A stretch of 35,207 nt of DNA, taken from positions 1 through 35,207 of the forward strand of contig CAZVYB010000003.1 in the NCBI GenBank assembly GCA_964631405.1, written 5' to 3'. A program made the position numbers and the translations under genes. Source of the stretch: an uncultured Lachnospiraceae bacterium (GTDB taxonomy: Bacteria; Bacillota; Clostridia; Christensenellales; UBA1242). The stretch's first letter is position 1; each line of letters starts with the position of its first letter. Positions 16,058-27,800 of this stretch are shown piece by piece. Under the pieces are notes generated by a model that did not search any database, was not told the DNA's origin, and worked only from the letters and a program-made list of their open reading frames with translations.

Positions 16058-18718
16058 ATGGTAAGAATAGTTCCAAGAAAAACAAAAGTAAAACTTGAAT
16101 TTGTAAAGGGCTTTACGGGCATTGACCTTGTGATTGCTCTTGTCGTTTGTGCTGTGTTGATTGTGCTTGCAGCCTCAAACTTTCCGGGACATATTTGGAT
16201 TGCAATGGCGTGGGCAATACTTGGCATTTCACTCTTTTTCAAAATTGCAGATAGCGATAGATTTTATGTAACAATAAGCCACCTTGCAAGATACTCCATG
16301 CAGAAGAAGAAGTACGAAAAGTCGCCAAAGAAGGGCAAGCCAAACATCAAAGACCTTATTCCATTTGAGTCAATCTATCAAGACAGATGCATCTCATACG
16401 GCAACTACTATGCTGAGGTTTTGGAAATCAAACCTATTTTGTTTGACCTTTTGAATGAGTATAGCCAAAACAATGTCATTGATGTTGGCTTTGGAAATGC
16501 ACTACGCAGACTTGACGACAATCAGGTGTGCGAGATAGTAAAAATCAATAAGGCTATGGTGCTTGACAACTATGCTTACAACGAAAACAAAAAATATGAC
16601 AGACTGCTTGACCAATTGTATGAAAAGCAAATGAGTCAAAAAGAGATTGACGCCCGTGCACCTATTTTTGAAGAGCGTGTATCATTCCTTGAAGATAAAA
16701 ACAGAACAAATAAAATTTATAAGGACTATTTCTATTTGGTGGTGATGGGCAAAGACCTTGAAGCCCTTGACAACACCGTGAATGGTATGATTACATCGCT
16801 TGCCACATCATTGACACCAGTGCAGGCGACAAGACTTACAGGCTCAGAACTTGCAATTTTCCTTCGTGCAAACTATAACAGAGAGTTCAATGAAAGAGAT
16901 TTGGAGAGTATCCCATTTTCAGAATACATTGACTGGGCAACTCCCGAGAAGGTAAAATTCTCATCAGCGAAGTATAACATTGATGGAAGAAACTATCGTA
17001 CATACGCCATCAGCGAATATCCACTTCAAGTTGGAAACGCATGGGGTGCATCATTCTTCCTACTTGACCGTACGAAGGTGGTTATGAAATTCCAAAAAGC
17101 ACCAAAGTATGAAAGCGAAAAGAAAATTGATAAAGCCATAATGGATATGGAAACAAAACTGTATAAAACAGGAAAGAGCAGTACAAGAATTGAACTTTCG
17201 ACCCACCTTGAAACACTCCGTAACCTTTTGGCAGAACTTAAAAACTCAAACCAACAACTTTATGATGTAAACACATTTATCACCTGTGAAGATTCTGCTC
17301 GTAAAGATGTTAAGGCGGTGCTTAAACAGGAAGGCTACCGCTATACAGAACTCTTTGCTCGCCAAATTGACGGTTTTATCAGCACAGGTATCTCAATGAG
17401 GGATAATATTAAGGAACTTCAACGGGGTATCCCAACATATACACTTGCGGGCGTGTTCCCATTCGTATCGTCAGAACTTCAAGACGAAAACGGTTTCTAT
17501 CTCGGAGATAATGAATATCCTGTGTTTGTAGACTTCTTCAAGCGTGACCCACAGCGTGTAAACTCAAACATGATGATTATTGGGAAGTCTGGTTCGGGAA
17601 AATCCTTTGCGACAAAAACACTACTTGCAAACTTTGCTGCCGACAACACAAAAATCTTTATTTGTGACCCTGAAAAGGAGTATGCAACACTAGCCGACAG
17701 ACTTCATGGAAAACTTATTGATGTAGGTTCGTCATTGCAGGGTATTATAAACCCATTCAATGTCATTCGTGCACTTGATAAGGACGACGACGAGAAAGAC
17801 CCAACACTGAGAGATAAAAAGGCAAAGGTTGACGACTCATTCAATCAGCACCTTCAATTCCTCGAACAATTTTTGAGAACGATTTTGCAGGGTATTTCTT
17901 CGGACGCATTTGAGGTTATCAACTCACTTGTTCTTGACCTGTACGCAAAATTCAATATCAACGAAATGACAGACCTCAAATATTTAAAGCCAACCGATTA
18001 TCCAACATTCGACGACCTGTACGACCTGCTGAATGAACGACTTGCCGAAGCGAAGGAAGAGTTTTTGATAAACAACCTCCGTGTAGCACAAACATATATA
18101 AGAAAGTTTGCAAGAGGGGGGCGTAACGCAAACTTGTGGAATGGTCCAACCTCAATTGAAACAAATGAAAACTTTGTTTGCTTCAACTTTCAGTCACTGA
18201 TTGCAGGAAATAATGAAATGTTGACAAGTGCACAGATGCTTCTTGTATTTAAATATATTGAAAGTGAAGTTATCAATAATAAGGACTATAACGAACTGCA
18301 CAAGACAAACCGTAAAATCATTGTCGTCGTTGACGAAGCACACATCTTCATCAACCCTAAATATCCAATTGCGCTCAACTTTATGACATCAATGGCAAAG
18401 CGTATTAGAAAGTATGGCGGTATGCAGATTGTTATTACCCAAAACATCAACGACTTTGTGGGTTCTGAGGAAATCAAGCGTCAATCAACGGCGGTCATTA
18501 ATGCCTGTCAATATTCACTTATTTTCTCGCTGTCGCCAAATGATGTGAACGACCTTATCGAACTTTACAAAAACTCCGGCGGTATCAATAAAGAGGAGAG
18601 AAACAGAATTGTCAGTGCCTCAGTTGGACAGGCATTCGTCATCACCTCGCCAACGGCGAGAACTATGGTACAAATTCACCCACTTGAATATGTACACTCA
18701 ATCATTGAAAGCAGATAA
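16058..18718 (+). CDS. VirB4-family (PrgJ/TcpF/Orf16-like) type IV secretion ATPase with a fused N-terminal VirB3/PrgI-like two-helix membrane domain
   Basis: N-terminus VPRKTKVKLEFVKGFTGIDLVIALVVCAVLIVLAAS...IWIAMAWAILGISLFF has two TM helices. The mid region (YAISEYPLQVGNAWGASFFLL) is like the CagE/TrbE/VirB domain. Walker A is GKSGSGKS (17582-17605), followed by ICDPEKEY...INPFN. Walker B is VVVDEAH (18323-18343), followed by RKYGGMQIVITQNINDF. Confidence 0.8.
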   Translation: MVRIVPRKTKVKLEFVKGFTGIDLVIALVVCAVLIVLAASNFPGHIWIAMAWAILGISLFFKIADSDRFYVTISHLARYSMQKKKYEKSPKKGKPNIKDLIPFESIYQDRCISYGNYYAEVLEIKPILFDLLNEYSQNNVIDVGFGNALRRLDDNQVCEIVKINKAMVLDNYAYNENKKYDRLLDQLYEKQMSQKEIDARAPIFEERVSFLEDKNRTNKIYKDYFYLVVMGKDLEALDNTVNGMITSLATSLTPVQATRLTGSELAIFLRANYNREFNERDLESIPFSEYIDWATPEKVKFSSAKYNIDGRNYRTYAISEYPLQVGNAWGASFFLLDRTKVVMKFQKAPKYESEKKIDKAIMDMETKLYKTGKSSTRIELSTHLETLRNLLAELKNSNQQLYDVNTFITCEDSARKDVKAVLKQEGYRYTELFARQIDGFISTGISMRDNIKELQRGIPTYTLAGVFPFVSSELQDENGFYLGDNEYPVFVDFFKRDPQRVNSNMMIIGKSGSGKSFATKTLLANFAADNTKIFICDPEKEYATLADRLHGKLIDVGSSLQGIINPFNVIRALDKDDDEKDPTLRDKKAKVDDSFNQHLQFLEQFLRTILQGISSDAFEVINSLVLDLYAKFNINEMTDLKYLKPTDYPTFDDLYDLLNERLAEAKEEFLINNLRVAQTYIRKFARGGRNANLWNGPTSIETNENFVCFNFQSLIAGNNEMLTSAQMLLVFKYIESEVINNKDYNELHKTNRKIIVVVDEAHIFINPKYPIALNFMTSMAKRIRKYGGMQIVITQNINDFVGSEEIKRQSTAVINACQYSLIFSLSPNDVNDLIELYKNSGGINKEERNRIVSASVGQAFVITSPTARTMVQIHPLEYVHSIIESR

Positions 18719-18725
18719 TTAGCAC

Positions 18726-18752
18726 GCAGAAACTCTTTTTTGGGGTTTCTGC
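18726..18752 (+). promoter_or_regulatory. Intercistronic stem-loop without a U-tract, between the ATPase gene and the giant gene
   Basis: Perfect 8-bp stem GCAGAAAC (18726-18733) / GTTTCTGC (18745-18752), extendable by U-G and C-G pairs. The next bases are TTAGTGC, so it is not a canonical terminator. Confidence 0.5.
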
Positions 18753-18806
18753 TTAGTGCATTCTACAAGGGCAGGACTGTCTTTGAAAAACAAAAGGAAG
18801 GTATCT

Positions 18807-18884
18807 ATGATAAAATCCAAAAAATTAAGCGTTTTTATAATAAGTATAATGCTTGTGCTGGCAAGTTTCCTTTTTGTCGCTTGT
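18807..18884 (+). other. Lipoprotein signal peptide of the giant protein
   Basis: Basic N-terminus (KSKK), hydrophobic core and FVAC lipobox, with Cys at residue 26. Confidence 0.6.
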
Positions 18885-21800
18885 AATAAAAATGACTATT
18901 CAAAGACGACTCTGCAAACAGAATCTACATATATAGAACTATATAAAAACGACACCAAAGAGGTGTCTGTCACTATTGATAACCCTGTTGGGGGCATGAG
19001 CAATGGCATTTTGCTTGAAAATTCCAACACATTTGCCTGCAAAATTGAAAAACTGGTGACAGTTGAATATACAACAACATACACAATCACAGCACTCAAT
19101 GGTGGTGATGCAAAAATCACTTTTGTAACAGAGGAAGGCGGACGAGAACTTGAAATCACCGTCAATGTAAGAGAATTTTCAGATACTCTTGCTAAGGGGA
19201 CAAACTCACTTTATGTATCTTCTTCAAAAATCCTCGCACCTTCTGCGGTTGACTTTGAATTTAAAGAAAACGCAACAGAGCGTGACCTAGAATTTTTCTT
19301 CTACGGCAAAACAACAACATCAAATGCACTCACGCAGGACGATTTTGGGGAGGCATCTCTTCAAACAAAGTCGTTTATAGAGGTCAGCCTTGCCCAAATT
19401 GAAGATAAAGAATATTTGATTTTTAAAGATAAAAACAATGCCCTTTATACACTTGGTTCTTCAACAACAGTTGTGGGCAATGGCAATTTGAAATACTCAT
19501 TTGCATCAGTTTCAATTATTGAAGGAGAATATTCAGTCCCAGCCGAAGCAACAAGCGTGACGGCAGGGGATAAATTCACTTTTGTTGCCAAATATCAAGG
19601 TGCGGAAGTGGAAGATGTGCTTTATTGCGAAAGAGATTTTTATGTGCTTATCGACATCAACCAAGACAACTTTTCCCATGAATTTGGATATAAGGTTGAA
19701 GGTGTTGATTATGTCGTAGGCGACGGACTTACCTCTTATAAAATTGAGGAGTCAAAAAGCGGGGAAATAACCCTGATTCCAGATTATAAATCTTCAATTG
19801 ATAACGGTCTGCTTATTGGCAGAAAGGCAGTTTACTCAACCGTATATTTGGAGGTGACAGCAAACTCTGTTAATGACCTTTTGAAGGTTGAAGCAAAAAC
19901 CGAAGATACATCAATCGCCAACAGCAAGGTGCTTGCTTGCGTCGAGAACGGTGATAGCAAAACATATTATATAGAAGTCAATTGCGGAATTGCAAAGGCA
20001 AAAACAACAAAATATAACCTGACATTCTATTATGAAGGCTTTGAAAACAGCGATGATGAAAATGTAAACTTTACATATTCAATCCCTGTTGAAATTCGCA
20101 TTATTCCAACAAAATTATTAGTGAATAATGTGGCTGAAAATGAGGAGGATAATGTTTACACATTCTACAACAACTATCCATCTTCAACGCTGGGCTGGCA
20201 ACCATTCACCTTTGCTGTTGTTCCAGAGGGGGCAGAGTTTGATTCAATCACAATCGACCTGACAGGTGCAGACCTTCAAATAAGATATAAAAACATAATT
20301 TACACATCTGGCACGGTGACAATTTCAAACCTTAATGAAACACTTTATATTCGAGGACTTGAAGGTGCGGTTGTGTCGGCGGAAACCCGCCAACTTCCAA
20401 TCATGCTTGATTTTAGTGTGATAAAAGAGGACACAATGACTTCTTTTATCAACTATCGCATAGCGAAAGGTGCAACAGTGCTTGCTTTCAAATCGGAGGA
20501 TTTGAAGGAAACTATCTACCTTGACATAGATGGCGGGAGCATGAATTTTACCGACCTTTATGCCGATGCAGAATTTACAAGCATGACATTCAAACACGAA
20601 AGCGATGACAATGTTGTACGCTTTGAGTATGACAAAAACGCACCATATACCATGTATGGTTATGATTATATACTCAATTTCAATATCGTCCCAATCGCTT
20701 GCGGGACGGGGTCTTATACCGTATCGTTGGATAACGGGAAAATGACGACCCTCAACATCACCGTGCTTGAAGGACTTGAAAAGGTGTCTGTTGTTTCAAA
20801 CAATGAGGACAATGTCATTTCTCTTTTGCAAGAGGTGGAAGGGGAAAATTCTTCTCTTATTTACGCATATAACAAGAAAGAAAATGCATATTTTGACCTC
20901 AAAATCATTGCCAATGACGACGAAAATTCTCAGGCAATTGATAAGGTGACTCCAGTCAGCGATTCTCAAATAATTGAACTTGGCAATGCAACGCTTAATA
21001 GCCAAGAATTTAATGTATACCTTAGACAGATTGGCAGTTGCCAAATTGCTCTTACTGTTGAAGGATACAGCGTAAGTGCATTTAGACGGGTAAACACCAA
21101 TATCGACTATACAATCTATGTTGTGTCATATGACCTCGTCAAGAAAATGAGCATTTATAAAGAGAAAGACGGCTTTGGCACTTATGGGGATAACGCCCTT
21201 GCAAGTTATACAAATGTATATTCAAACACATCAAACGATAGTGCAAGAGAGGCACTTTTTGATGTGGGCGTGCAAAACACAGAGGCATATTTGTTTGAAA
21301 ACCCAAGCGAAGAAATCTATGTTGCTCAAAAGTTTGACCGCAAATTTGTTTATTGGGAAAGCGATACCGTTATATACAAAAACGGTGTTCGCACAAGCGA
21401 AATGTGCTATAACGAAGAGGGCAACAATGTTTATACAATTGGCAATTATGGTACATTTGACACCGAGTCTATGAAATTCACTGCATTTGCAAATATGCAA
21501 AACAGCGGAACGCTTAGACTTATCGCTCATATCAAACAATACAATACACTTTATTCATACACTGTCAACATCAAAGTTTCAATTTATGAAGAGGTTGAAA
21601 GGGTAACACTGCAAGAGGCAGTTGATGAACTTGAATTTTCAACCCTTGAAAGAGAACATTTCCTTGTTGCTCGCCCAACAAATGCAACAGCAACAAATGG
21701 AGAAATTGTTGCAATCTTCACAGGTGGTACAATCACAGTCGGGGAAGAAACATATTCAATCCTTGATGAAAATTCAATAACATACCTTGAAAGCGATGGC

Positions 21801-24800
21801 AGAACTCAAATTAAGTTGACATTGTCGCAAGATTTCCTTAACAATTCTGTTGGATACACAGAAAAGATGCAGGGAGATCTCGTCATTGTCGCAAAAGACT
21901 GGCTTGATGTTGCAGGAAATCTTAATAGTGCATATCAAGACCTTGCACTGCATATCACCATCAACTTTGCAAACGGAACAGAGAAAAACCGCTTTACCAT
22001 CAAAGACGAAAATGACTTGTATGCAATCAAAGACAACCTTTCTGCACACTATCAAATCAAAACAACAATTGACGCATCAAGCATAGTAAACAAGTTGCCA
22101 CTTGGAGAACTTAAAGGCTCAATTGTTGGCACAACTGAATATGCAACCATCACGGGGCTGAATATCACATCAAGCACAGAAGGTGAATTTGGAAACGAAA
22201 CCACAAGTTTCTACGCTCTTTTCAACCAGATTTCGGCAACTGCGTATATTGAATATGTTCAATTTGAGGGCTCTTTCAATGTGGGTTCTGCATCAAATAA
22301 GATTGCAGGCTTCACATATGTGGGACTTGTTGCTGGTGCAAACTATGGCAAACTTATCAATGTTGGTGCAACAATTTCATATTCAAATATTCACATGAGT
22401 CAAGGCAATTTTGGTGGTCTTGTTGGTGCAAACTATGGGCTTATTCTGCAAGACTTCACACTTTTTGAGAAAAACGATTCAATCACAAGAAGCGAAAAGG
22501 TGGCAGACCTTGAAGAGCAGGGTAGATACTCATATCAAAACCTTTCACCAAGAATTACCGTATATATGACCGACTATGTCAACATAAACTATGAAGTTTC
22601 AAACGCAAGCACTGCTATTGTAAGAATGGGGGGAGTGACGGGCGTCAACTATGGAACAATCAAGAAGATTGACAGCAGTGAACTTTCACTTACCGGCTAT
22701 TCAAACTATATGGCTTATACAAAGATCAAGTCAACACCTTCAAACCTTGCAGAACTTACAAGCATAAGCAAGACATTCCTTGGCGGACTTGTTGGCGATA
22801 GCGTGCTTACAAAGAGTGCTGGAAGTGTTGTTGGTGGCACAATTTATGGTGGTTTCAATGACATTGATGATAGTACAGGCACGCCAAAAGTTGTTTATAC
22901 CACATATAATGACTATATTCATGATATTGCCTCAGCAGAAGGAACAATCTCAGTTGGCAATTTTGAGGCTGGCAGGGGAATTGTTGTTGGCGGAGATGTT
23001 TGGGGATATGGCTATGTCGGCGGAGTTGTGGGAAGAATACAAATCCTTGCAACAAGTGCTGATTTTGCGGGTATCACTGCAAGAACATTCATTCGCGGAC
23101 AAAAGGCGGGCAATACGGTTGCTCATATCGCACTTATCGCAAACATTGAGGGCATGGAAGGTAACGAAAGTCTGAACAATGCTTTTGCAATCCAAGCGGT
23201 TGACGATGGAAAGACCTGTGAAGAGGCATCAATGGCTGTGCTTTATAACGGCGGAGTTGTCACAGACTATACAACAGATGTCAACAAACTTGGCTTTGGA
23301 AGATTTGCCAACAAAATTGATGTTCTTAGTGGTTTTGATGGCACTGTTGCCAGCGAAACAAAACCTATCAATGTATTCACATATGTGATTTCAAGAACAA
23401 GAATTTTAATTCCAGAAGGTGAAAACCTGTTTATTGAAAACATTGCAAAAGATTCATATTATGGTGAATATATTGTTGTTGGCGTATATGAGGGAAGTTC
23501 TCTCATAGTTGACCAAAAATTCTTCTGCAAGGGTGACCAAGAAAACCTGTCACTTTCTGCAAAATTTGACAATAAACTTACAAGCGAAACAGGCACTCGT
23601 GAAATTTATTATACATACTATTATCAGGTTGCCTCTTCTGTCAATGACGACCTTTCGTCAGTACAGACAATGGTTGATGAGTATCTTAATAGGCTTTCAC
23701 TTGCCGACGAATACTACCCATTTATAACAAATGGAGAAATGGTGTTTACATCTCGCAATACCGATATTTTGACGATTGACCAACTTGGCAAAATCACAAT
23801 CAAAAAGTCGGGACTTGCCCAAGTGTCGGCATCAAGCGTGCTAAATTCAAACGACGCACTCAACTTCTATATATATGTTGTAAACTATTTTGATAGCGAA
23901 TATGATATTGAAGAAAATGACGAGCGTTCTTCGGTAGTTTATCCTAATATGTCCTCATCAGCGACTGCAATTGACAAGACGACAATTGAACTGCGTGGGG
24001 AAAACACCGCAACACTTTATGTAAGACCAAACTATTCTCTTGAAAGGGAAATTTTTGCAGGAAACAGCACAATTTCAGTCAAGAGCGATAAACTAGGCAA
24101 TGTGATTTTCAGGGGCTTGACCTTCCAACTGGCAGGCAACGACCTTGTTTCGGCAAAGGTTTATGAAACAAGTGGTGAAACAAACCTTGATATTGAAATC
24201 ACAGGTCAGGTGATAACAATCAAAAAACTTGCCGAAACAGAAGAAAACACCTACAATTTAACTTTCATACCTCAACTTCAACTTAAACTTGAAAAAGAAG
24301 ATGGCTCGGACTTGTATTTCGCAAATGTCAACAAGACAATCACAGATGCCAATGTGGACTATAAATTTGGAGCACTTTCAATTATCAATAAAAACTATAA
24401 CGAAGTTCCAATCTATACAAGTGCAACCATAGTTGATACAATTCTTGTATCTTCAACAGATGAAGACGAGGACGCACCATTGTATCAAATTCTTGGTCTT
24501 GACGGAAGCCTTTTGCAAGGCAATTTGGAAGGTCAAACGGACGCAAACGGATTGTTTACTTTGACATTCCTTCCAGAGAGCGCACAAGAAGTTGGACTTG
24601 GCAGATTTGAGCATTCTTATATTTTGAAGATTGAAATCAACACAAATTCTCCAATCTATCAATCAAGATATGAAGAAAATATTTATGGACGCTATGCACT
24701 TTATATTCAAACTGCAAGCAATGCAAGCAAAAACCTGCTTATCCATATTGACTATGCAAACACAAAGGTCATTTCGGTTGTGATTGACAACTATACATCA

Positions 24801-27800
24801 CTCGGTGACGCAACAGGCGACAGCGGACTTTCTTCGTCTAGCAAATATGCCTTTCCGGGAGAAAGTGGGCTTTTGGCAATCACTATCACCCCAGAGGACA
24901 TGGACTTTGATTATATTGTGATTGAAAATGACGATTCAAATTATAATTCTGGCAATTCTTCTGCCCTTCTTGGCATTTTGGCAAGAAAGGCAAGTGCTGG
25001 TGGTGATGACCAAATGTTTGAGGACGGCACAATCAGTGGTGCAGTCACCAAAAAGGGCTTGAGAATTTCTCTCAGCGAGATTGTTGAACTTTATTCAAAA
25101 GCAGAGTATGTTGACTATCGCGGTGTGATTTATATCAAATACAATATGACTTCACACAATGTGATTGACGGAAGCGTGTCAAAAATCAATGTCAAACTTA
25201 TCAAAGATGGCTTGACTGTTGAAAACGGCATTGCAATCAAAGAACTTACAGTCAAACTCAAAAACTATGTTGCCGTGGAACTTGACGGCAAAACAGGTAC
25301 GGCAAACCAAGATGGCTATTATATGACATATGAGGTTGCAAGGGGACTGAGATACAAACTTAACATCAACTCATATGGTTTCAATGTAGCAAACGCAACA
25401 ATTCTTTCAAGCGACCCAACACTTGGTACAATCGTGGAAGAAAACGGAACCTATTATCTTGATGTAACATCTTCCACAATCAACTATCCTGACAACGAAA
25501 TGGAAATTTCTATTTCAGTTTCTCAGTCGGAGGGAGATATTGTTCGTGAGGCTAGCAGTAAAACAAAGATTGTCATCAATGAATTTGTTTTCAATTACAA
25601 CGGAGAACAGATACAAAATGCCGATATCATAAGCGGTATGGGCGATGGTGAAATCAATGTTCAGGTGGGCAGTCAAACGACTTTTGAACTTGACCTGTTT
25701 GAATATATCGAATACGACCAATCAAGCAACGAAGTGCTCAACAAAATCAACGACTTCTTTGCGAGCATGGCAAAGAAGGGCGAGTGGAAAGTATATACCA
25801 ACCTGCTTACCGATGCCCAACCAGACTATAATATGGTTTCAAGCAATGTTGACATGACATATACAAACCCAACAACTGGCAGAACGGGCAATGAGTACGA
25901 AATTGGATTTAATGGCAATACCGCTTACTCTGGAAGTAATTATTATTTCAATTATAATGGTTTAAATGTCCTCCCTGTGAGAACGCATTTGCCAGAAGAG
26001 AAATACTATTTCTTCACATACACCGGATATTTTAATGTGCAAAATGGCGTTTATACATATTATGAATATGCAGAACCAGCAAAACATAACGCACAAAAAA
26101 TACAAACAACCTTCCTGCTTAATGTATATACATCAAGCAGTGAAGAAAGTCCAATCCCAGTATATGATTATGAAGATTTGACCCAGATGCAAAAGGGCGG
26201 ATACTATATCCTTCTCAATGACATCACAATTCCAAATACTGTTGGGGAAGACGGACTTTCAATTTTCAAACCAATCAACGGCAACTTTGCTTCATTTGAC
26301 GGCAATGGCCATACAATCAATATGGGCGGAACATACCAAATGGGCTCGCTTAGCAGTATAGGGCTTTTCTCCACTATCAGCGAAGATAGCGTGGTGAAAA
26401 ACCTCAACCTCAACTTGACATCAGCCACAGACGGAAGCGATGTCAATACAGAACTTGGCGACACAACATACGCATTGTATGGACTTAGAACTGTCAAGTT
26501 TGTCACTTCCACAGACTCCTTCACATTTGGTACAATTTCAGCCGAAAACGCAGGCATAATCACAAACTGCTTTGTTTCAACAGATTTTGCAAATAATAGT
26601 GAATACTACCTCACCGTTAAAGCAGATAACGCACTGACAGGGATAAGTTATATTGGCGGTCTTGTTGGCTCAAACAGCGGTTACATCACCAATTCTGGCG
26701 TGTCAATCAATGTGAAAGCACCATTCAATATCGGTGGCGTTGTTGGACAAAACTTCAACAAGATTTCAGGTTGCTATTTTAAAGATGGCAAACTTATCAA
26801 CAACTCTCAATTTGACCAACATATCGCAGGCTTCACTCTCAACAACTCACGAGAAGCTCAAATTATTTCCTCATATGTTGCAGGAGGGCAGACAAATACA
26901 AACCTTTATAGCCAAGACACAGACAGTTATATTTCTTCAACCCTTGCGGGCGGTGGATTTATCTATGAAAATAGAGGAAAAATCCAAGATTGCTACACAG
27001 ATATAGACCTTTCAAAAACAACAAGCGAGATGGCGGGATTTGCTTACAGAAATGGCGGTACAATCAAAAACTCATTCTCTTTGTCAGTTTTAAGAAACAA
27101 TGTGACGGCGTCTGCGGGCTTTGCAAAAGAAAATATCGTTGAGGGTATGACTGGTTCATTCTCAAATTGCTACTATCTATATAATAGGGATAAACTTTCA
27201 GGAGAAAGCGATGCTGAGTATGAAAAACTTGGTTTTGTAAATGGCAGGGGCAATATCAATACTTCACTTTATAATGTCACTTATGCAGGCGTTTCAAGAT
27301 TGACAGTGGGAAACTTTGGCGATACTGAAACCTACTTTGCTGACTATTCATATCAAGAAACCATGGGCGTCAACGCTGTTTGGTTCTTCTCAAAGGGCAA
27401 CACCTCAACAACCTTCGTTGACTATATTCCAACAACTGAAAAGGTGACAATTGCGGGAAGCGACGGAAACAATCAAACAAACATGGTTTATTCAACCAAA
27501 AACATGATTTTTGGACTGAATAGACTAGAACTTGTTTCTCCAAATGTGAAAACACTTTCAATAAGAAACTTCTCTTATAGCGAATATGATGACGCAACAG
27601 GCGATATCACATATCACTATATTGATGATGCAAATTCACCAAATCGTGGTTCACTTCATAACCCATACTTAATTTCAAACGCACAAAATATGGAAAGCCA
27701 AATTTTGCAACAAACATCTTCAACAAATATCAATATATCTTATTACAGAGCAATCAGTGATATTGACTATAATGATATGGAAGGTCACGCAAGCATCTAT

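Noticed and set aside
18756-18806. Upstream extension of the giant ORF (track start at 18756, MHSTRAGLSLKNKRKVS...)
   Set aside because: The codon at 18756 is not ATG and has no SD. It lies immediately after the hairpin. The ATG at 18807 has AAAGGAAGG upstream and begins a textbook lipoprotein signal peptide.
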